Shown here piece by piece: positions 57,758 to 64,000 of a DNA stretch of 64,000 bases. Both the position numbers and the translations under genes were made by a program. Source of the DNA: an uncultured Bacteroidales bacterium (GTDB lineage Bacteria; Bacteroidota; Bacteroidia; Bacteroidales; PWNQ01); the NCBI GenBank assembly GCA_964477095.1, contig CAYZDA010000005.1, forward strand, positions 12,703-76,702, written 5' to 3'. How positions within the stretch are numbered: the first letter of the stretch is position 1; each line of letters begins with the position of its first letter. The notes under the pieces were generated by a model, which saw only the letters and a list, made by a program, of their open reading frames with translations, was not told the origin of the DNA and ran no database searches.

Positions 57758-57776
57758 AGGTCACAATTTGTGACCT
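57758..57776. repeat. 19-nt palindrome AGGTCACAATTTGTGACCT, copy 1 (ORF6N-family RSQFVT segment)
   Basis: It is a perfect palindrome and is identical to 57997-58015. In frame it reads LRSQFVTS. Confidence 0.85.
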
Positions 57777-57794
57777 CAACAACAAGCAAAAGCT

Positions 57795-58040
57795 ATGGAT
57801 GAACTACAACCTACAGAATCACTCATAACGAATAAAATCTATCGCATCCGCGGAATGCAGGTGATGGTGGATTTTGACCTGGCAGAATTGTATAGTGTTG
57901 AAAACAAGGTATTGAAACAATAAGTCAGAAGAAATATAGATAGATTCCCCAAAGATTTTTTATTTGAACTAACAAAAAGATGAATGGGATTCTCTAAGGT
58001 CACAATTTGTGACCTTAACCGGAAAGCCACTTGCTGCAAT
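57795..58040 (+). pseudogene. ORF6N domain gene, disrupted
   Basis: MDELQPTESLITNKIYRIRGMQVMVDFDLAELYSVENKVLKQ is followed by an in-frame TAA (57921-57923). VRRNIDRFPKDFLFELTK is then followed by a TGA (57981-57983). A 1-nt frame change gives DEWDSLRSQFVTLTGK, and the remaining C-terminus is missing. Confidence 0.6.
57997..58015. repeat. 19-nt palindrome AGGTCACAATTTGTGACCT, copy 2
   Basis: Identical to 57758-57776 and located inside the ORF6N pseudogene. Confidence 0.85.
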
Positions 58041-58111
58041 TTTGCTTATAAGTATTGTGGGATTGTTAAGAAGTTGTATTTTTAGGCTTCAAAACTAAAA
58101 CAACCTAAACC

Positions 58112-58996
58112 ATGGCAAGAAGACCCTCCAAATCCAAAGAAGTTGCGCAAAAAACCGTCTATGCGGCAATGAAAATCCTTAAGGAAAATGGCGGTGAGAT
58201 GACAGGAAGTGAGGTGATTGATAAGGTTAGGGAAACGGTTGAATTCTCAGACTGGGAGAAGGAGCGCTATGAAAAGACAGGCTACATCAGATGGGAGTCT
58301 ATTCTGCATTTTTACACCATTGATTGTGCTAAGGCCGGTTTTTTAAGAAAAAGCAAAGGCGTTTGGTATTTGACTGATGAAGGCGAGAAGGCAATCGATT
58401 TAGGCCCTGAAAAATTACTGGAGAAGGCGCAGCAGGCTTATAAAAAATGGAAAGCCAGGCAGGATAAGGAAAAGGATGTGGAAGGTGCCGACAACCAAAG
58501 CCAGCAGGCTAACCTTGATAAATATGAAGAAGAAGCCATTGCAGGTATCAGAAATCATTTGGCTTCAAAAAATCCCTATGAATTTCAGGATATGGTGGCA
58601 GCGCTATTGCGTGCTATGGGCTATTATACTCCGCACGTAGCTTCTCGGGGAAAAGATGGAGGTATTGATATTATTGCTTATGGTGATCCGCTAGGAACCA
58701 GGGAGCCAAGAATTAAAGTGCAGGTTAAGCACAGGCCTGATGCCTCTATTGCTGTTGATGATATCCGCCAGTTGCTCGGTTTGTTAAGCCGCTCCGGTGA
58801 TGTTGGATTATTTGTTACTTCTGGTAGATATACTTCAGAAGCAGAAAAATCAGCACGTGAATCACATAAGCATATCGAACTGATAAACTTCCAGCGTTTT
58901 ATTACGCTATGGCAAGAGCATTACAACAAGTTTGATGATGAAACCAAAAACATGCTGCCACTACAAGCCATATACTTTTTGGGAACGAATGAGTGA
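58112..58996 (+). CDS. Mrr-like restriction endonuclease (winged-helix Mrr_N + PD-(D/E)xK Mrr_cat)
   Basis: 294-aa ORF. The N-terminal wHTH-like region reads IRWESILHFYTIDCAKAGFLRKSKGVWYLTDEG. The C-terminal core reads YEFQDMVAALLRAMGY...GGIDIIAYGD...IKVQVKH. Confidence 0.75.
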   Translation: MARRPSKSKEVAQKTVYAAMKILKENGGEMTGSEVIDKVRETVEFSDWEKERYEKTGYIRWESILHFYTIDCAKAGFLRKSKGVWYLTDEGEKAIDLGPEKLLEKAQQAYKKWKARQDKEKDVEGADNQSQQANLDKYEEEAIAGIRNHLASKNPYEFQDMVAALLRAMGYYTPHVASRGKDGGIDIIAYGDPLGTREPRIKVQVKHRPDASIAVDDIRQLLGLLSRSGDVGLFVTSGRYTSEAEKSARESHKHIELINFQRFITLWQEHYNKFDDETKNMLPLQAIYFLGTNE

Positions 58997-59007
58997 GGAA
59001 ATAACAA

Positions 59008-59910
59008 TTGTATTCTATGAAATTCAACGAAGATTCAAGAGTAAAAATACCAGCTTTAATTCATTTAACAAGATTAGGGTATCAATACCTTTCTCTGAAA
59101 GAGCAAAAGTGGGATAAGGAAACAAATGTATTTACTGATATTTTTCGAGAGAGTATTGAGCGAATAAATCCAGACAACGATGATTTGGATATTGATAAAA
59201 TATATCAGGAAATAAAATTGCTTTTGGAAAATGAAGACTTGGGAAAAGCCTTTTATGAAAGGATTATTAAGCGCTCTGGAATAAAGTTGATTGATTTTGA
59301 GGATTTTGAAAATAATACATTTAATGTAGTCACTGAGTTGACTTATAAAAATGAGGATGAGGGATTTAGGCCTGATATTGTACTTTTGATTAATGGAATG
59401 CCTTTAGTGTTTCTGGAGGTCAAAAAACCAAACAATAGAGAAGGTGTAATTGCAGAGCACAACAGAATTGAAAAGAGATTTAAGAATAGGAAGTTCAGGC
59501 AATTTGTGAATATCACGCAGTTGATGGTTTTTTCAAATAATATGGAATATGATAATGAAGCAGTTAGGCCATTACAAGGAGCTTTTTATTCCTCAACAGC
59601 TTATGGCAGGCCAGTTTTTAATTATTTCCGGGAGGAAAAGCCTAAAGATTTTTCGGGAATTTTAGAACATGAAAATGATCAGTTGGAAGATTACATTTTA
59701 AAAGATAATAATCTAACTATTATTAAGCATAACCCAGAGTTTCTTACAAATAAATCTCATGATACGCCAACAAACAGATTGTCAACTTCATTGTTTTCAA
59801 AAAAGCGATTAGCGTTTTTTCTGGAGTATTCCATTGCTTATGTTAAAGACATTCGAGGATATCAAAAGCATGTGATGAGATATCCACAGTTTTTTGCAAC
59901 AAAAGCCTAA
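59008..59910 (+). pseudogene. hsdR: type I restriction enzyme HsdR, N-terminal nuclease domain only (truncated before the helicase motifs)
   Basis: 300-aa ORF with KFNEDSRVKIPALIHLTRLGYQYLS and the PD-(D/E)xK block RPDIVLLINGMPLVFLEVKK. It ends at ...MRYPQFFATKA, where the Q-motif/helicase domain should begin. Full-length HsdR proteins are about 1000 aa. Confidence 0.65.
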
Positions 59911-60641
59911 TGATAAATACCATACAAAATAAAACTTGCAATAAAAAAGTCATGTTAAAAAAATACCTCGAACAACTTGACCTTATTTGGAGTAATCCGG
60001 ATTATCAAAACAACGACTTCCTGAAAACATACATCAATCGTGGTTATACTTTTCCGGAAATAGAAAAGGCTGATTTATTATTTATTGGGTTAAATCCTGC
60101 AGGGAAAACAGAGAAAGGGGGTTCTTTTTCATATAATCTGGATCAAGCTGTAATCGATTTACCTAATTTTTATGGTCGTTACAATCAGTTGGCCAAACAA
60201 GTTGGTGCAAGTTGGACATTTACTGATATGTTTTATTTTAAAGAAACAGACAGCAAAATATTGGATACGTTCTTAAAACAATCATTGGGTGTCCGTTTTT
60301 TGGTGGAACAACTAAAAATAACCCAACACATAATAGAAGAGATAAACCCAAAGATTATTGTTGTTTTTAATGCTAAAGCAAGAATGTTTTTTGGCATAGA
60401 ACAAAACCGCATAAAGAATGAAGGTATCTGGATGGGATACAAGGCTGATAATCCAGAACTAAACGAAATACATGGCACTCCAGTAATTGAGGCTGTTCAT
60501 TCAGACTTGATTGCCGGACTACACTATCAAAAGAAGAGACCATTACCTATATTTTTTGATAGTTTCATTAGTTACCAGGCTAAATCATCTCTCGATCGCC
60601 TGGCCTGGCATATAAGGTATGCACTAAAACAATTAGCCTGA
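59910..60641 (+). CDS. uracil-DNA-glycosylase-superfamily-like protein (tentative)
   Basis: 243-aa ORF. LLFIGLNPAGK resembles UDG motif 1 (compare GINPG, GMNPG, GLAPA). INPKIIVVFNAKARMFFG resembles the conserved beta-strand/helix block of UDG folds. No clear motif 2 His. The ATG overlaps the hsdR-stub stop by 1 nt. Confidence 0.35.
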   Translation: MINTIQNKTCNKKVMLKKYLEQLDLIWSNPDYQNNDFLKTYINRGYTFPEIEKADLLFIGLNPAGKTEKGGSFSYNLDQAVIDLPNFYGRYNQLAKQVGASWTFTDMFYFKETDSKILDTFLKQSLGVRFLVEQLKITQHIIEEINPKIIVVFNAKARMFFGIEQNRIKNEGIWMGYKADNPELNEIHGTPVIEAVHSDLIAGLHYQKKRPLPIFFDSFISYQAKSSLDRLAWHIRYALKQLA

Positions 60642-60783
60642 TTTTCCAGGAAATTATGTTATTTTAGTTGGTTAATACTTATGATTTTGAGTGATAAGGT
60701 GAGCATCGAAGAAGCCCGCTAAACCGGATGGTGCAATGAATGTTGCAGCAGAAAATGAGGCTGAATAAGAAAAAAGAGCTGAG

Positions 60784-61665
60784 ATGAGCAATGAAAGCCA
60801 TTTAATATTTAGTGACGAATCTGGCTATATTGGGAATAGCCGATTTGGTGCTATTGGCGTAGTCTCTGGTTCAAAAATAAATGCAAAAACACTAAATGAA
60901 AAACTAAAATCAATATTAGATAAATATTCCAAAATTGAATTAAAATTTGCAAAGGTAAAAGGTCATAGTTCAACACTAAATGCTGTTAAATCTTTTGTTT
61001 CGCTTGGCTTGAAGTTTTGCATGCAGAAAAAAATTAAAATCCATGTTATTATTTGGGACAAGCAAGATCAGAGACACAATGTGAAAAATCGTGACGATAT
61101 TGAAAATATGAAACGCATGTATTATCACATTTTGAAAAGAACCAAATCAGATTGGTATGGGATAGATAATTGGGATTTTTATCCTGATGAATTCTCAGCT
61201 ATAGATTGGAAAAATGATGTTGTAAAGTACATTGAAAGAACTAATCTTGATAAAAAATACAATACAAATCAGGAAACGTTATTTGGGGTTATATACAAAT
61301 TTCGTTTCCCCTTTATTAAAGAGCAATGTGAATTAGACTCTAGTAAATATCCCATATTGCAATTGACTGATATATTTACTGGTATTGTGCGTTTATCCTA
61401 TGAATTAGGTGAAAAATATTTTAAGTGGCTTTCTGATGAGAAAGGTCAAAATGGATTATTCGCGATGCCAAAACAGTGCCAGGCATCAAAAAACGAAATA
61501 TGCAAATTTGGCATCCTAAAGCATTTTAAAGATGAGTGTTCTAAATATAAACTTGGTGTGAATTTTAGCCAAAATAACTATTTTAAAACGTTTAACAACA
61601 AAAAGGGAATAGTGCTATGGCTTTATAAGCCACAGGGAGATTATGATAAGGCGCCTGTTAAATAA
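60784..61665 (+). CDS. DUF3800 family protein
   Basis: 293-aa ORF. The N-terminal LIFSDESGY block and overall layout are typical of DUF3800. Confidence 0.55.
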   Translation: MSNESHLIFSDESGYIGNSRFGAIGVVSGSKINAKTLNEKLKSILDKYSKIELKFAKVKGHSSTLNAVKSFVSLGLKFCMQKKIKIHVIIWDKQDQRHNVKNRDDIENMKRMYYHILKRTKSDWYGIDNWDFYPDEFSAIDWKNDVVKYIERTNLDKKYNTNQETLFGVIYKFRFPFIKEQCELDSSKYPILQLTDIFTGIVRLSYELGEKYFKWLSDEKGQNGLFAMPKQCQASKNEICKFGILKHFKDECSKYKLGVNFSQNNYFKTFNNKKGIVLWLYKPQGDYDKAPVK

Positions 61666-61711
61666 GATTTACATAGTACAATTAAGAAAAGCAAACAAAA
61701 GAAATATTTTC

Positions 61712-62398
61712 ATGAAAAACTTTAACGTTATTTACAAGCATGGTCATTTAGTTAATAAAGAAACAGGAAAACGGATATTCTTAAAACGGGGTGGTGAGTT
61801 TAATTTACTCGGTGATGATGGACAGTTTGAAGAAAAGGATGAACTTTTTTTGGATGAGCAAATACTGGACTCTGAACAAAAAATTTATTCATTGAAAAAT
61901 AGATATTCCGACAAAGATGGATTCAAGATATTCAAATTATACGATAAAGGCGAGAGATTTTATTTTAGGGTAGGCTTATCAAAGAAAACATCAGAAAATA
62001 AAGATAAAGAATTCATTTTTGATGCTGTCTTATTAGAGGATTTATACATTCGGACAAGTAAGATTAATCGAAATAAATCCGAAAAAAAAGTTCGATGGTA
62101 TTTATGCAATTGTTATTGTGAGTCTCAGAAGTGTGTTTATGGCGACCTTCAAATGATTGAGCCTATTCGAGGGAACTCCTTAAATAATTTGTTTTCAAAC
62201 TTAGTTGCATATTATTTCCCTATGCAACGATCAACAGCTGTAAATGCATTCAAGGACTTTTATTTGGCAGCACCAATAGATAAAATAAAGGAAGATGAAA
62301 GATTTGATTGGGATTATTTTGCAAGAGATTTTAGTTATCATGGAAATCATTATCGATTAGAAAGTATTAGAAATAAGATTGCAAGTAATTTATTATGA
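61712..62398 (+). CDS. hypothetical protein, no recognisable domain
   Basis: The ORF is open from 61643, with Met at 61712 (MKNFNVIYKHG...) preferred. Its stop overlaps the next start (ATGA), which suggests translational coupling to the DUF3883 gene. Confidence 0.4.
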   Translation: MKNFNVIYKHGHLVNKETGKRIFLKRGGEFNLLGDDGQFEEKDELFLDEQILDSEQKIYSLKNRYSDKDGFKIFKLYDKGERFYFRVGLSKKTSENKDKEFIFDAVLLEDLYIRTSKINRNKSEKKVRWYLCNCYCESQKCVYGDLQMIEPIRGNSLNNLFSNLVAYYFPMQRSTAVNAFKDFYLAAPIDKIKEDERFDWDYFARDFSYHGNHYRLESIRNKIASNLL

Positions 62399-63240
62399 AC
62401 CCACCCTGGACTCCATATGAACTCCAATTAATCATTGCCGACTACTTTTCTATGTTGTTGGCGGAGTTGCGCAATGAGCCTTACAATAAGGCTTTGCACA
62501 GGCGGGCCTTGATGCAGCAAATACCTCGCTCTGCGGGTTCCATTGAGCGTAAGCATATGAATATATCTGCAGTGCTTATAAAATACGGGCGGCCATTTAT
62601 TCTGGGATATAAGCCTTATAAGAATTTTCAGCGCGACATGGAGATTGCGGTGTTGGATCATCTGGACAATCATCTGGGCTTAGACCAGGAATTTGAGTCA
62701 TTTGCCAAGACAGATATTATTATTCCGGAACAATCAATTAATTTTAATACCTGGATAGATACACCTCCCACTGATTCAATAGCTGCTGAGCCAAGCGTAG
62801 CATACCAAAGAAAAATCAGAAAGGTTGATTTTCTGGCTGCAGAACAGGCCAATCAAAAAACGGGTATGGCAGGTGAGGAGCTGGTAATGAAATATGAGAA
62901 ATGGCGATTGCAAATGGCAGGCAAAGATAATCTGGCTGATTCGGTGGAATGGGTTTCCAGAGATAAAGGTGATGGTGCCGGATTTGATATTCTTTCCAGG
63001 AATATGAACGGGACTGACCGCTATATCGAAGTAAAATCTACAAAATTGGGAAAAGTAACTCCAGTGTACGTTTCCAGAAATGAACTGGAGTTTTCCAGGG
63101 AAAAAGACCAGCATTTTCATTTATATCGCGTATTCCAAATGCGTAAAAGTCCAAAACTGTTTACTACAAGCGGACGTCTTGACCATACATTGCATTTGGA
63201 AGCTGTGAATTATGTTGGTAAATTTGGCTCACATCCCTAA
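62395..63240 (+). CDS. DUF3883 (restriction-endonuclease-fold) protein with N-terminal sensor-like domain
   Basis: 281-aa ORF. The N-terminus reads WTPYELQLIIADYFSML...YNKALHRRAL...IERKHMNISAVL...GYKP. The C-terminal PD-(D/E)xK-like core reads GEELVMKYE...GFDILSRNMNGTDRYIEVKSTK. Confidence 0.6.
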   Translation: MNPPWTPYELQLIIADYFSMLLAELRNEPYNKALHRRALMQQIPRSAGSIERKHMNISAVLIKYGRPFILGYKPYKNFQRDMEIAVLDHLDNHLGLDQEFESFAKTDIIIPEQSINFNTWIDTPPTDSIAAEPSVAYQRKIRKVDFLAAEQANQKTGMAGEELVMKYEKWRLQMAGKDNLADSVEWVSRDKGDGAGFDILSRNMNGTDRYIEVKSTKLGKVTPVYVSRNELEFSREKDQHFHLYRVFQMRKSPKLFTTSGRLDHTLHLEAVNYVGKFGSHP

Positions 63241-63249
63241 TCCATTTTA

Positions 63250-64000
63250 ATGAACTCCACCATCGACCATATTCTGAATTTAAAGCTTGGTGTGACCAGA
63301 TACGGTCCGGCACCGCATAAGCCGGTATTGTTGCTGGCAGTGGCTAAGGCTTTTGAGATGGATGAAGTGCGTGGTAACAGGCTGCGCTTGTCGGAGGAGT
63401 TGCTGCTTCATTTTTATGATCAATGGAAATCATTGGTACATACACCTCATGTACCGAATATTTCGCTACCGTTTTATCATCTGAAAAATGAAAAGGGAAA
63501 GTTCTGGGAGCTGGTTACTTACCCCGGAATAAATGTGCCGGCTACTAAAAGCAAATCCATTAAGAGCTTCAAGGCTTTGAGGGAAACGGTCATGTATGCC
63601 CGGCTGTCGGATGAACTCTATGCCATCATGATGAATCCTGTGAAACGGGAGGAGCTGAAGCTAGCCATTTTAAAGAAGTATTTCGGATTGGACCGGGAGC
63701 CTCTGGCAGAATCAAGCTGGTCGAAGTCGGTAATGTCACAGATGCTCAATGAGCCGGAGGAGAACTATGCACGCCGTGTTCGTCGGGAAATTGAGGAGCA
63801 GCATACGGATGCCAGGGAAGAGTTTGTGATGGCACGCAGTGCGAGTTTCAGCAAGGCTGTTAAACACGCCTATAACAACCAGTGTGCGGTTACCGGATTA
63901 AGAATTAGCTACAAGCAGCCTTTACTCGACGCCTGTCATATCATTCCCTTTTCGGAGAGTTTCAATGATTCGGTTCGCAATGGGATAGCGCTGAGTCCAA
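63250..64000 (+). CDS. HNH (HNH_2-type) endonuclease with N-terminal DNA-recognition-like domain, runs off the right edge
   Basis: From the ATG at 63250 the frame stays open to the window end. The N-terminus reads GPAPHKPVLLLAVAKAF...PFYHLKNEKGKFWELV. The HNH core reads CAVTGLRISYKQPLLDACHIIPFSES..NGIALSP. Confidence 0.7.
   Translation, partial: MNSTIDHILNLKLGVTRYGPAPHKPVLLLAVAKAFEMDEVRGNRLRLSEELLLHFYDQWKSLVHTPHVPNISLPFYHLKNEKGKFWELVTYPGINVPATKSKSIKSFKALRETVMYARLSDELYAIMMNPVKREELKLAILKKYFGLDREPLAESSWSKSVMSQMLNEPEENYARRVRREIEEQHTDAREEFVMARSASFSKAVKHAYNNQCAVTGLRISYKQPLLDACHIIPFSESFNDSVRNGIALSP

Noticed and set aside
1-64000. Search for tRNA, rRNA, tmRNA and CRISPR arrays
   Set aside because: I found no T-loop GGTTCGAxTCC-type motifs in cloverleaf context, no rRNA-like conserved segments, and no regularly spaced direct repeats. 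Absence by eye is not proof; tRNAscan-SE, Infernal and a CRISPR finder should confirm.

Overview
The window looks like a Bacteroidota chromosome. Supporting signs are a T9SS C-terminal sorting domain, a TTTG/TAnnTTTG-type promoter upstream of rplS, and ORF6N, RhuM, DUF6266 and RAYT-like debris. All calls come from reading the sequence and recognising motifs; no database search was run. Bases 1-52 kb hold ordinary housekeeping and accessory genes, including rplS, trmD, arfB, slyD, a DEAD-box helicase, osmC, ComEC, SpoIID, an M48 protease and a large PAS-rich hybrid histidine kinase. Several loci in this part stand out. (a) LigD is split into separate phosphoesterase, ligase and polymerase ORFs, both breaks fall on poly-A tracts, and the last ORF is translationally coupled to an Fpg/Nei glycosylase. 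(b) A tight operon encodes a CdsA-like enzyme, a polyprenol-kinase-like protein and a CDP-alcohol phosphatidyltransferase. (c) A NuoE/NuoF-like pair is followed by a 1235-aa fusion of a 2Fe-2S domain, a GltD-like module, NuoG-type clusters and a degenerate molybdopterin domain, then a rubrerythrin-like gene; this resembles a Bfu/Stn-type bifurcating oxidoreductase. (d) A cNMP-binding domain is fused to aspartate ammonia-lyase. (e) A GC-rich structured repeat occurs twice in opposite orientations. From about 52.9 kb to the right edge the DNA is visibly more AT-rich. This part reads as a decayed type I R-M locus (an hsdS stub, a 5'-truncated rhuM, an ORF6N pseudogene, a truncated hsdR). It now carries an Mrr-like nuclease and a co-directional string of five genes: UDG-fold-like, DUF3800, unknown, DUF3883 nuclease and HNH nuclease. 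That gene string is my best candidate for an undescribed defence module. I recognised no rRNA, tRNA or CRISPR array.
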